From Octopus sinensis (taxonomy: Eukaryota), in contig NC_043020.1 in NCBI RefSeq assembly GCF_006345805.1, positions 30,690,001 through 30,754,000 of the forward strand: a DNA stretch of 64,000 bases. The letters are read 5' to 3'. A program made the position numbers and the translations under genes. The notes under the pieces are model-generated. The model was not told where the DNA came from. It made no database searches and saw only the letters and a program-made list of their open reading frames with translations. This document shows positions 1-12,878 of the stretch, piece by piece. Within the stretch, counting starts at the first letter, position 1. Each line of letters starts with the position of its first letter.

Positions 1-510
1 GAAACGATGATTGTAATGATGGCAATAATTATTTCCGATTCTAGCACACAACCAGAAATTTTTAGCGGGGAGGGTTAGTTTGATACCATCAACCCCAGTA
101 CATGATTAGTGCTTTATTTTATCAGCCCTTGAGGTATGAAAGGGCTAGTTGACATCAGCAGGATTTGAACTCAGAATGTAAAGAACTAGAACAGATATCA
201 CAAGGCATCTTCTCACAGAATTTTGAATATGAGTGACACTGTTTCCTTGATAGTGACACTCACTTCTGTCAACACAATGTCACAACTGTCAACAGAATAT
301 CAATACAAAGCGATGAGCACACACACGCACACACGCACACACACAGACACACACACACACAAAACAGGCTTCTTTTATCAAGGCTTTATTCAACACAGTG
401 CTATAAGAGAAGACAGTTAACTCAGGTGCCACACTGTGGGACTGAACTTGAAACCATGTGGTTTGGAAGCAAAATAGTTAAAAGAAAAAAGTCCACCAAA
501 ATATGTGTAT

Positions 511-1348
511 ACTAGCTGACGTACCCGGTAGTTCCCAGGAAAGCAGAGCTTATCCCTTGGTTCCGTTCTCATAATTGTTTCGTTAATCTAATAACAACAA
601 TACAAAGTATGTAGCCTTTAAAATGGGTTTTTGTGCATTTACAGAGAATATCGAACTGTCTTACACAGGATCTTGTTTTTAAGAATACCCAATAAGTTAT
701 GAATACCCAAATTGTGAAGTCAGTTATGTAATAATTTGAAATTAGTTACCCTATAGTAAGAATTCAAATAGAGTAGCTCCGAAAAGGGCTTTAATGCATT
801 CCTAGAATATATAGAACATAGGAGGAAATACTGATTAGGTATGTATACTAAAATTGTGAAGCATGTTACGTAATAACAGGCTAATCAGATATGAGATAAT
901 AACAATTCAAAGTAAATTACTCTGAAAAGGGCTTTTGTGCATTCCCAGAGAATATTACCCTCAGTGGTGCTAGTGTTGGTATACTTGTGAATAAGTGATT
1001 GTATTGTTTAGGAAAATACTATTTACTTGTTTAAGGGTTGTACTGGATAAATTGCCAAAATAACTCTAACAGTTCAAATACTAAGAAATAAGTTTGATTT
1101 ATAAGTTTGATTTATACCAAATAATTTAGGAAAATGAATGGGTTATTTCGCTTGACTTTTAAAATAAAATGTATTGGATATATACAAGGATCCCTTCCAG
1201 GAGCCCTATTATCGATATTTTTTCAACAATCTGAATATGCTCTACATGAGTTCTTTTCATGTGTCAAGTTTCATCAAAATTGATTGAACGATGTAGAAGT
1301 TAGCGAACTACTCCACAAACGCACCCACAGACACAATTTTCCGCATAT
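511..1348 (-). mobile_element. Non-autonomous Helitron-like element with internal degenerate ~150-bp repeats
   Basis: The minus strand ends in CTAG|T (511-515), preceded by a GC-rich imperfect hairpin (524-539). The other end has aagtttcatcaaaattg (~1266-1282), the reverse complement of the subterminal motif of the Helitron at 15691. The motif aaaagggcttttgtgcatt recurs at ~620, ~782 and ~925. Confidence 0.65.
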
Positions 1349-2200
1349 GTGCCCAGAAAAATAAAATTCCTGTCCATGAACACCTCTCTCTCCCACACCC
1401 CATCTATCCTCACCACTGATGTGTACCTCCTCTATTCTCCTTCACATGTCCATCTACCTAACTGTTAAATCCTTCCCCTCACCTAACTCCCACTTGTTTC
1501 AAAACCTTATGAACTCACCCACCTACCCACCCTCTCTACTCCCTGCTACATTCCACTATATACATCACCTTTTAACTCACCCCCTTCTCCCTCTCTGTCA
1601 CATCATCACCCTCTTTCTCTCCCCTCTTTCATCTAAGGAAACCATATCTCTCTCCTACATTTTCTGTCCCTCAGTACTATTCCCTCTATTTGAGAGGTCT
1701 TGTCCTGCCAGTTACTTTCTGACCTCACAGCTGGTGCCACAAAAATAGCACCCAGTCCACACTCTGTAAAGTGATTGGCATTAGGAAGGGCATCCAGCCA
1801 GAGAATCCATGCCAAAACAGACAGCAGAACTTGGTGTAGCCTTCTAACTTACCTGTTCCTGTCAAACTGTCCAACCCATGCCTGCATGGAAAATGAACAT
1901 TAAATGATGATGTATGTATGTTGTGTGTGTGTGTGTATGAGTCAATGGACAAATGAAAGAAAAGGGTGCTTAAAACATTTAGCATTCCAGAAGCCTGAAG
2001 GAGTTGGGCTCCTGCAAAACTTGAAGTATCATGGACCTGAATCAAACCATTTTAAATATATATATTTAATTAGAAGGTATGTTAACCTTGTGAAGGGATG
2101 CTTGCATCCAAGGAAGTACTGGTTCAGTACCTAGTATTTTAGGGGAAAGAAATTCCTTTAAAACAATAGGTATATATAAAGCATATAGTTTATATCCATT

Positions 2201-2511
2201 TAAAAGAAGAAAAGAAAATGGGGACTAGGAAGTTAATAATTGTTTGTTATTAACAACAAATCTTCACTTCTTACACCTGTTTCAGAATCTGCTGAAATGA
2301 AATGATAAGCCCACATATAACATCCAAAGCTACATCTTTGTTCTCTGATGAAATTATACTCATGTCACATAAATGTAAATTTAATGTACAAATTTGTAAT
2401 TAAATTATTGTGTATTAATTGAAACAGATGTAAAGAAGTGAAGATGACCAATTTGTTGTTAATAATAAACAATTATTAACTTCCTAATTTCCATTTTCTT
2501 TTCTTCTTTTA
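2201..2511. repeat. Inverted repeat (~85-bp arms), probably a Penelope-like pseudo-LTR with an inverted partial copy
   Basis: 2201-2284 is the reverse complement of ~2420-2511; the loop plus right arm carry a hammerhead-like motif. Confidence 0.7.
2333..2446 (+). ncRNA. Putative type I hammerhead ribozyme motif (decayed)
   Basis: Stem I catctttgttct / agaagtgaagatg; CTGATGA 2345-2351; stem II aattatac / gtattaatt; GAAAC 2421-2425; short stem III with GTA cleavage triplet 2430-2432. Confidence 0.6.
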
Positions 2512-2513
2512 TA

Positions 2514-3399
2514 CAGGGTGTCCCAAAAGTCATTGATGAGTTTCAATTTTTAAGAACTTCCTTAACTTTACAAATAAATGGATGAAATTTTGATACAATA
2601 TAAAAGATATAATACAAATTAATATGCATAAGTCAAATTTTGCAACACCACTTCATTACATATGAAAAATGACATCACTTAAATGGTAGTCATTTTCAGC
2701 TTTGCATGCCTATACTCTTTCCAAGACTTGCACCATAACACCCTCAAGAGTTTCAGACCCCACACCTCTGATTTCTCTATTGATGTTCTCCTTCAGTTGC
2801 ACCTGGGTCTCCAATTTGTTGACGTAAATCCTCTCTTTCAGGTCTCCCCATAAGAAAAAATCCAGGCTAGTCAAGTCTGGGGTGCCTGAAAGCCATTCAA
2901 AGTAGACCTCACATATGGTTCCAGCAAGATGGGGAAACTGTTTATACTGCAAAAGAAACAATGCAGTTGCTACAGCAGTGCTTTGGAGAGAGAAAAATCT
3001 TCCACTACAGCAATGTCAACTGGCCTTCACATTCCCCAGACTTGACTAGTTCGGATTTTTTCTTGTGGAGATATTTGAAAGGGAGACTTTACGTCAACAA
3101 ATTGGAGACCCTGATGCAACTGAAAGAGAACATCAATAGAGAAATCAGAAGTGGTGTCTGAAACTTTTGAGGGTTTTATGGTGCAAGTCTTGGAAAGAGC
3201 ATGAGTGTGTGAAGCCGAAAATGACTGCCATTTAAGCAATGTCATTTTTCTTATGTGATGTAGTGGTGTTGCAAAATTTGACTTGTGCATATTAATTCCC
3301 ATTATGTCCCCTTTATATTGTCTCAAAATTTCATGGATTTATTTGTAAAGTTTAGGAAGTTCTTAAAAATTGAAACCCATCAGTGACTTTTGGGACACC

Positions 3400-3402
<3 letters not shown>
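2514..3402. mobile_element. Fold-back Tc1/mariner-superfamily non-autonomous element (889 bp) built from two transposase 3' ends
   Basis: TA|CAGGGTGTCCCAAAAGTCA...TGACTTTTGGGACACCCTG|TA with ~370-bp inverted arms. Both strands encode the C-terminal motif (S/T)PDLTS(S/L)DFFLW..LK.R.YVNK (ORFs 2710-2961 - and 2961-3161 +), typical of DD37D/DD41D-type transposases. Confidence 0.92.
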
Positions 3403-3453
<51 letters not shown>

Positions 3454-5899
3454 TAGTGTGCTCTGTAGTCATTAACATTCTCTTCCCAAATATATAAATT
3501 TGGGTGATGTATGTTAGTGATTACACAATATAGTAATTTTCGTGTGTGTTTGTGTGAAAAAAAACCTGTTTTTTTACTCTACTTGCCATGTCACTCCATT
3601 TCATAGTATGTGATTAAATATAAATTCAATAGGTATCTATTTGTCATGTGTCTAGTGTTACACCTATTATCAGTATTGCCTGTCATATTATGTCAATACA
3701 GACATGTCTTTTAAATAGCACATGAATCTGTGTCTAGCAGGAGTAAATGTGTTTATTTCATTTGTCAGTTTTTTTTCCACTCCTACAGGTGAGGCTACCT
3801 TTTGGTAGCCAACTAACTGTCATCTAGCTCCAACACTGTTGTTCTTTGCCTAGCCTCTAGTCAACCCTGTCATTCAAGGTATAGCCACATAATCACCAGA
3901 CCCTCTTTGTTAAAGGCACTGGTCTTTACTCCATTTGTAATTTGGGTCTCTACTTTCACCAAACGACATTTTACACATGCCTCTTTCACATTTCCCCCCT
4001 CCCCCAAATATTATTTTAACTATAGTGAAGTTAATTTTGCTCATTGATTTATCACCTACCATGTGTCTGCTCCTACTCATATGTTCATCTTGCCAATTTT
4101 CTTTTTTTCATATATAATAGGCACAGATATGGGTGTGTAATAAGAATTTTGCATCCTGACCATATGGTTCTGAATTCAGTTCCACCATGTAGCACCTCAG
4201 ACAGCTGTTGTCTGCTATTGCCCCAGGCCAGCCAAAGCCTCATGAGAGGATTTGTTTGATGACAAGTTAAAAAAGCTAATCGTGTGTGTCTGTGTGTCCT
4301 TGTCTTTACATAGTGTGATAAGTGTAAATGAGGGTCACTGTCATACACGCAGTGTCATTTCTTTCCTATCTTCTGTGAAAACATGTCTGGCCATGGGGAA
4401 ATATTACCTTGCTGGGAAACTGGTGGTGGTTGGCAACAGGAAAGGCATCCAGCTGTAGAAGATCCACCTCATAAACCTCGTCTGATCCATGGGAAAGGGG
4501 ACGGTGATGATGACGATGAAATATTGTACCTGTTTTAAATACTTTATTTAAAATCACAACCACTCTAAACACCCAATGTTCTCCCCACCACCACCTTAAT
4601 ATTTGCTGCTCCTTCTGAGTTGAAAAGATGTCCAAGGGAGAAAGTACTGCCCAGGTTAAAAACTTGGGCAAGTAGTTTAAGGTACAGGATTACAGCATTC
4701 TGGATTTACATGTCTGTTTCCTTTCTTAAGCTTGTAGTATGTGATGAGGGATGTGGCTGCTTATTTTAGCAGGTTGAGTGGTTACTTAGAAAGGAAGGCG
4801 TCTTGTTTTTTTTAATATCCAACTTCTGATCCTTTCTTTATCTCATACCATAGTATTTATGCTATGACTAAAATTTGTGGTCTTGTACCAAAGCTAGAAC
4901 TAATAGTTATTGTTGTTATTGCTATCCCTATTATTAAGGTGGCAGAATCATTAGCATGCCAGACAAAACACTTAGCAACATTTTATTCATATTTACATTC
5001 TCTCCTCAAATTCCACTGAGGTCAACTTTGTCTTTCATCCCTTTTGAGGTTCAATAAAATAAGTACCAGTTGAGTATTTTAGAGTTGGTATAATTGGCAA
5101 GAGTCACCTCCACCAAACTTTTAGGCCTTGTGCCTATAGCTTAAGGATTCTGTTATAATTATCAATATCATTATTTTACTTCAGTTTTACTTACCCTGGT
5201 TGATTCTGTGAGAGCAGATACCCACCTGTTGTTAGGGGTCTCTTTCTGCAAATTATAAGCTTTGGTACCTGAATGTTAACCTATCGTGGAAGTCGCTGAA
5301 CACCTAAGCACCAATCTCAAAATCCTAGCTGTACCCACGAGAGCAGTTTTGGAGGCCTGCTCTGCTCCCATGTCAATTCCCGATTTCTCTGACATAGTTC
5401 ATTAGCACATTGGGTGAAATGCTTAACATTTTGTCTGTCTTTACGTTCTGAGTTCAAATTCTGCCAAGGTTGACTTTGCCTTTTATCCTTTCTGGATCAT
5501 AAAATAAGTACCAGTTACACACTGGGGTCAATGAAATAGACTAGCCCCCCCCCCAAAAAAAAAATTTCATGCCTTTTACCTGTAATAGAAAGGATTGTTT
5601 GGAGTTGGGAGAATCATTAGAGCATCAGAAAAATGTTTAGTGGCGTTTGTTTATTTGTTGACTTGAGTTCAAAACTTGTCAAAGTCACCTTTGCCTTTCA
5701 TTGTTCCAGAATTGATAAAAAACGCTACTAGTCAGGTACTGGAGTACCCCACCCCTCAGAATTGCTGGTCTTGTGCTGAAATCAGAAATCATTATTATTA
5801 TTATTAAGGTGGTGAGTTGGCCGAATTGTTAACATACTGGACAAAATGATTAGCAACATTTCTTGAGGTTTTTTTTATGTTCTGAGTTCAAATTCCACC

Positions 5900-7030
5900 A
5901 AGTGGCACAGAAGTGGTCTGAGACTAAGGTGCCATTGTTGAGTCTGATGTCCCAGAGATGTTCAGCGAACCGGCTGGCTGAGCCGTGTCCTGTTTGATCA
6001 AGAGAACAGGAGATACAGTAGATAACATTACTGGCTGGAGATGCAGGTGAATGAATCAGTGATGTGGTAGATGTGGTGCTGGGATAGGTAGGGGCAGGTG
6101 TGACAGCATGGGTGAGAGCAAAGGAAGGAGCTATGTTGGGTGCCGGGAGTGGGGAAGAAGCTACAGACCAGAAGGTCATGTAGGTTATTTGAAAGAGGGA
6201 ATGTGTGGGTTGAGTAAGATATGGGAGGGTGCAGGGGTTAGATTGGAGTCAGGTGAAGACAAGGTCAAGGTACTTGGAAGGGTTGTTGGACTTATGGGTC
6301 CTAGGAAGGAAGTAAATAGTGGGGGTTCATGGGGTATGGACAGTGATGTTGTAGGTAGTGGGAGGTAGACTGGAGGAAGAAATAAGATCGTGAATTGTAG
6401 AAGACACTTTCTGTTGCTAGTGTGATGTGGGGTTGGAGGGCAGAGGGCAAATAGAAAGCATTATCTTGAAATTGGTAGAGTACTTCAGCTTTATAGAGGT
6501 CTGTGTGCTACAGGACCACGACTCAACCTTTGTCAGCTGGTTTAATGATGATGTCTTGATGGCATCAGAGACACTGAAGAGCCGAGAGTTTGGCCTGGGC
6601 GATGTTGAAATGTTGGGGATGCTTACAAAAGTTCAACTGGTCCACAATACAACAGACACTTGCAAATCGATCAGCTGCCTGGAATTAGCTGGGAGCCTAC
6701 ATCCAGTGGGATGGTTGGCAGCCCAGGTCAGTGAAGCAGTCTTCTTCATTAGATGTAAGTGGAGTATTGTGGAATAGAACATGCAGCCTGACATGGTGCA
6801 CAAAGTGTTGGATGTTGGCATGGGTCTGAACCTTGTTGCTGGATGGAGTGAGTGGTATGAAACAGAGACTCCTGAGGAGAAAACATTCTGCTTCAGAGAA
6901 GGGGAGATCAGGAGGAATGGTAATAACAGAGTGAAGTGGAGGAAGGTGAGGCGGGTGGCAAAGGAGTGGTGGAGGTGGTAGTAGGCTGGAAGGAGAGAGT
7001 CTTTTACTAGTTATAGCAGCCATGTTGGGA
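5900..7030 (-). mobile_element. Internally deleted Penelope-like retroelement
   Basis: The minus strand gives an N-terminal PLE-like block (VITIPPDLPFSEAE..LCFIP, DIIIKPADKG..VV) and a GIY-YIG-type C-terminus (NVIYCISCS..QTG..RFAEHL.DIR..VSDHF). The RT core is missing. Confidence 0.8.
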
Positions 7031-9199
7031 CAGCAATCCAGTAACTAGTAATCTTCAAGGGTTCAGTCAAGCATAAATAACCCTTAATTTAGGAATGTGT
7101 TTTTTGTAGAACTGCTTGGCTATATTACATAAATATCACCAGTTTTAAGTGGCATACATGTAAACACACACACACACACACACAATGGGCTTCCTTACAG
7201 TCTTGAGTGACATTTGGTAAACAGAAGCTGTCACACAAAACAGCATAATCAACTTTGCTTTTTATCCTTCCAAATTTGATGAAATAAAGTACCAGTCATG
7301 TACTGTGCTGATGTGATCCACTTCCCTCAAAATATCTGGCCTTTTGCCTAAATTAGAAACAGTTATTACTTGCTAGAAATGGTACTGAGCTGGAAGGTTT
7401 ATTCTCGGACATCCTTGAGAAAAAAATTATTTGTTGTTTTGTATTCAGTTAGATACTCAGATCATTTGTAAATATATTAGTATGAATAATTTTTAATTAC
7501 GATCTTGACATTGATCAAAGCTCTTTTGCTTCTGTGACCTACTTCCTTGTATGTGTGTATGCATTCATCCAACATGGATTTAGTTGGGTTCAATCAATGA
7601 ATTTACAGCATCATAAATAGAAACTCACTTCATTAATTATAAATGTCTAATGTGGAGTTGCAATTTTAAGCTTGGTTTTCAAGTTTAGAATTTGCTCTCT
7701 GATTCCAGTTGTGTGATGACAATCCAAGTGAAGGGACACAGAAATAATCTTGGTTGGTGTTAAGGTTTGCAGTAAAACTATCAAGAGTGAGGGACCCTTA
7801 GCTGTTGAAGAGGGGCATTTTGCTGAAAATCTGCAGTTTCACATGATTACTGATATCTCGATTCAACTTTGTCATGAGGTACTAATCATGGAGACTCAGA
7901 GAGTGGTACTCATGTTGTACAAGCATCTATCACTAGAATCCAGTGATGTACAGATGTCTCCTTTTGGTGACCTCATTTGTCATTCCATCTACTGAAAGTC
8001 ATAGGGTTAATGGAAGAGAGGTGATGTGTGCAGATCTAACCATTTTGGAGCACACAGTAAGCTACAACTTTCGTCTGTCACTAGTACTTTAGCCCATGCA
8101 GGTCTGCAATGGACTTGAACAGTCGTCTGAGAAGTAATGGATGGAAAAACAGAAATGCAATTGACAACAAGGAAGAAAAAAGAGATGCCAATCATCAGTG
8201 GGGGCAGTCACTGTGTTTCTTCGTATGTGTGTGTGTGTGTATGTATATGGATGAATGCATACATGAATATATATATTTGCATATCAATATAAATAGGCAT
8301 ACCTTATTGCTTGTATCCCCCCCCCCTAATGGTTCTGGAGACTTGAAGACAGTGGGGGGGCAGTAAGACTGCTCACCATCAGATAACTCATGATGAATAA
8401 AGGAAATTACAAAGACTAATTCAACCAATCAGTAGAACTCTCTCCCGACCCCATCTCTCTCTGTCACTCACTCACACACACAGAAAAAGGCACATTCCTC
8501 TCCCTCTCCACTGTTAAGATAATATTGTCCTAACATAAATATAGTCCCTGTGTAGCTACTATATGTTTGTACATTTTTTTTAACACTGGAAACTGCCTAG
8601 TTTTTAGTTTAGCTTTGCTTAACCTTCACCTGAGCATAGTTATTTTTAAACTGTCTACCTTGAACATTTTCAACAATATTATACACAGATAAACTAAATT
8701 GTCACCAACCAACATTTGTTTATCCAGCTTTTCAAAACCATTTGACAGTAGGCTGACCTCTTTTACCTACTTTTTGTTGTTGCTTTGTGTTCTTTTTTCA
8801 CCTGCAACTTGCTTATTATAAATAAAACAATGAGAAAACATTATTTGTTTGATTGGTATTCACTGCATTAAATATGTTAACACTATGTTAACTACTTAAT
8901 CCTCCATATATATCTCAATTTAAAAAAAAAAAATTTGTTAATTTATATTTCAGAGTGAGCTCCCTTGTCTCTTTAAGGAAAATTTTCATTAATATTGTAG
9001 AGATTTGTTTTCTCTTTATGAGTATGAATTTAATTGATTAAAAGTTCTTTCTTGTTCTTTACATTATGTAAACCTGCACTTGGCTGTACTTACTATAAAC
9101 CCCTGTTATTTTATCCAGGTCAACTCTGATCAAGCAGACCTATGATCAAGGACATTTCAATCACAGCTATCCTATTATATATACATAAACAAATCACAA

Positions 9200-9835
9200 A
9201 TCCTTTCAGGGAGGTGGCCTTGCTTGATGTGTAGAAAAGGTGTAGGTAGGGACTCAATAAGGTGTACCCAGTGCAAGCTATGCATACATTAGAGATGCAG
9301 GTACAATAAACGCTAGAAATGTACTGAAAGTAGACTTCATCAAATGCCAGTGGGGATCATTAGTAGTAGATAGCTTCTGTTAATTAGGTGATTAAGTCAT
9401 CAGTGGAGGAGGATGTTCTGGGAGTGTAGCTGCTAGAATAAGAACAGGCTGGGTAAAATTTAAAGAGCTTCTACCTTTGTTGGTAATAAAGGGCCTCTCC
9501 CTCAGAGTGGAAGGCAGATTGTATGATGCCTGTATGCAAACAGCCATACTACAAGGCAGTGTAGCATGGGCTGTGACTTCAAAGAGCAAGCAAAGTCTCG
9601 TAGACGTGATGACACATGACTGAGATTTCTGGCAATTTGCTGGACTTGAGAAGACCCATCAAGCTAAGTGAAATTTTGGTTGCAGATAGTGCCAGTGATA
9701 CATAAAAGGGGAAGGCGCCCGTGCCACTGGCACGTAAAAGGCGCCTATATCGCTGGCACGTAAAAGGCACCCATGACGCTGGCACGTAAAAGGTGCCTGT
9801 GTCGCTGGCACGTAAAAAAAGCATGATGATGATTA
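9200..9835 (+). mobile_element. RTE-clade LINE 3' fragment, deleted, with 4 x 26-bp repeat and (GAT)n tail
   Basis: Encodes GGCSGSVAARIRTGWVKFKELLPLLVIKGLSLRVEGRLYDACMQTAILQGS..W; CTGGCACGTAAAA at 9727, 9753, 9779 and 9805. Confidence 0.8.
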
Positions 9836-11150
9836 TGTATGTATGTATATATATCAAAAAGTTTGTTTCCCAACCATATGATTCTGAATTCTGTTTCACT
9901 GCACCCTTAGGCAAGTGTTGTCTACTATTGCTCTGAGCCTACCAAAGCTTTGTGAGTGGATTTGGTAGACAGCAACTGAAAGCAGATCCCATCATGTGTG
10001 TGTGTGCGTTTCCTCGTCCTGACATTGCATGATAGTTGTAAATGATAGTCGCTCATACGTGTTATTCATTTCCAGTATTCTGTGAGAACATGTCTAACCA
10101 TGGGGGAAATATTACGTTGCTTGGAAACAAGTGAAGGGTTGCAACAGGATGGGCAACTGACCCTGTAGAAAATTTGCCTCAAATAAACTCCGTTTGACCT
10201 AAGAAAGCATGGAAAAGTGGATTCCCAACCCATCTGTTCATTAGCTGTGTTCAAAGTTTTGAAAAGCTGCCATGTAAAATGTATAATTACTCAGTTATAT
10301 ATAATTATGCAGTGATCTATAACTTTTAACTGATGTTGGGATGAGTTTATTGTTAATAAAATCAGCTTATAGATTACACATACTTTTTTAGAGGGGATTA
10401 TTGAAAATTTCATTTAACCCTTTTACTACATTTCTATAAAAATTAACTTTCTTTCAGTTAAACTTTAAAATAATGAAGAATTTAGTAAAATTACTGTGTC
10501 CTTATTAATTTGGTGTCAGGATCAAAGAGGACAGAAAATTTTGATGGAAACTTTTAATTTCACTTTAAAACAGAAAGTTAGTGTCATAATGAAGAAGTGT
10601 CAGGCACTTTGGTTTGTTGCCAGTATCGCTTATTGTTTAGCTCTCTGGGTCAGCTTTGATTTAACAGACATACCAAGATCCTAGCCATTCCTATCTACTC
10701 CCATTTTGAGACATTAGCATGTTTATTTAAGACTCCGTAATGCATTTCTTTATTTTGTTAATTTAAAAAAAAATGACAAAAAGCAATAGGAAGTGATTTG
10801 AAGTACATATAGCTTATATTTCTAGCAGTTCAAGTGGCCATATAGAGGTTCCCTATATCAGAAGAATATTGACAAGATTAAGCTACCACACACTGTGTAG
10901 GTTTCCTAGCTTTTGTCAACAAAAGCTGGCAATTAATAAACTTGTTCAACTTGTTTTATCGCTGCAGTCCTTTATATTAAACCTTATTGTGTCAAAAATT
11001 CAAAGTTCATTTTCTCTGACATAAAGTTTTAATTATTTTCTTTGTGTTGTTGGTATTTTTATTGTCATTTTGTTGTTTGTTATGTAATAGCTATCTAATC
11101 AACATTAACGCATATATAAAGTGTATATATAAATATATGTACGTGTGTGT

Positions 11151-11189
<39 letters not shown>

Positions 11190-12878
11190 TATATACATAT
11201 ATATATATATGTACACACACAAGGGTGCTGAGAAAGGACCAAGCACATTGATCCTCAGAAAGATTCATGGAAGTTGAAAACCTTGACTAATACAAAGAAT
11301 AAGCTTACTCTGTGCATGCCTGTGTGTGTGTGTGTGTGTGTGTTGTGTGTGTGTGTGTGTGTGTGTGCACGTGTGTACAGGCAACAGATGTACTCCGCAC
11401 ATTGGCATCTGTGATTTACTTCAAGGAAGCAATAGTTGTAAGACCAATACAAATTCAGAGAGAAAATCAGTAGATAAAGGCAATAAAGTAAAAAAAAAAA
11501 GAAAGAAATATCAGAAAAATATAAAGTATTTAATAAAATAGATTTATCAAAGAAATTGGCTTGGAAGCTGATTTACACTGTTTGCTTTTTGTGTGTGTGA
11601 TATGAACTTTAAACATGATAGAGAGTGGCAATTTGTATTGTCCAGGGGCTAAATTTATGGTGAAAGCTGCTCCAGTCATGGACCATTCCCTCATTTCTTT
11701 TCTTTCTTTTTTTTTTTTCTAGGCAGTCTGTTTAGGGCTACATTATCCACTGTGTTAATCTCTTAAGATGGGTGGGATTTGAGGGATTTGGCTACTTTTT
11801 CCAGCAGACCAAATGACAACACAACTGCTCCTTTAGTGACTTGATATATTATGAGACTGAATGTAATAATAATAATAATAATGAAACATTGTGTACAGTG
11901 CTCAGGTGCACTACAACTCATCTAAAGTGTATGTATAGTACATAGGGTAATGTACAACAGTGCATGAGTCATGACATACACATATGTGTATGAGTATGTA
12001 GTTAATGTTTATAGCATCATTGGAACAGGATGGTAAGGGTTTCAAAAAGCATACATGTTCATGGTGCCATGTTTGGCACTTAATACATATTATTGAAGCT
12101 GACTTTGTTCTTCATCCATCTTGATTCTATAAACTAGATTCCAGTCACTGCTGGCTGAGTGGGTAAGGTTGTACATCAGGAATTCCTTAAACCAGGGTTT
12201 AACAACTGGGCCATTGTTGTGTTTATTCTCTGAGCCAAAGCCTTTCAATGTTGAGATCCAGGTCAGCTCTAATGAAGCAAATACAAGATCAAAGATGTTC
12301 CAGCCATGACCATCCTGAGATTTTGTGTATGAGGAACTAAATTGCTCAATGTGTGTGCGTGTGTGTGTAGGAGTGGCAGTGTGGTAAGAAATTTGCTTCT
12401 CAACCACATGTTACTAGGTTCAGTCCCACTGTATGGCACCTTAGAAAAGTATCTTGTATAACCTGAGGCAGATCAAAGCCTTGTGTGTGGATTTGGTAGA
12501 CAGAAACTGAAAGAAGCCTACCATGCCTGTGCGTGTGTCTCCATGTCTCTTCCTTACCATCTTTTGACAACTCGTGTTGGTGTGTTTATGTCCCTGTAGC
12601 TTAGTGTCTTGGCAAGAGAGATAGAATAAGGACCAAGCTTAAAAAACAAATTGAAAGTATTCCGGCAATGCCCAGCAAGGCTGACTCTAATAACTGAAAC
12701 AAATAGAAGGTGTGTTTTTATAAGTAGATAGTATTATAAATCAAGCTGTGTCCTCTTGAAGCACATCTGCTTATTCCAGTACTCCAGAATTGTATGGAGA
12801 TGTTATCTTTGTTTGAAGCATGCATAAGCTTTAGAAAATACTGGGAAATCTTTTTGGCAGAGTAATTATATAATAAAA

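Noticed and set aside
1380-1720. 109-aa ORF in a pyrimidine-rich tract
   Set aside because: Low-complexity C/T-rich sequence with few stop codons; similar tracts occur at ~28555-28900 and are probably repeat-derived.
7750-8190. Possible L2/CR1-type LINE C-terminal relic on the minus strand
   Set aside because: Only a faint resemblance with many stops; not supportable without a profile search.
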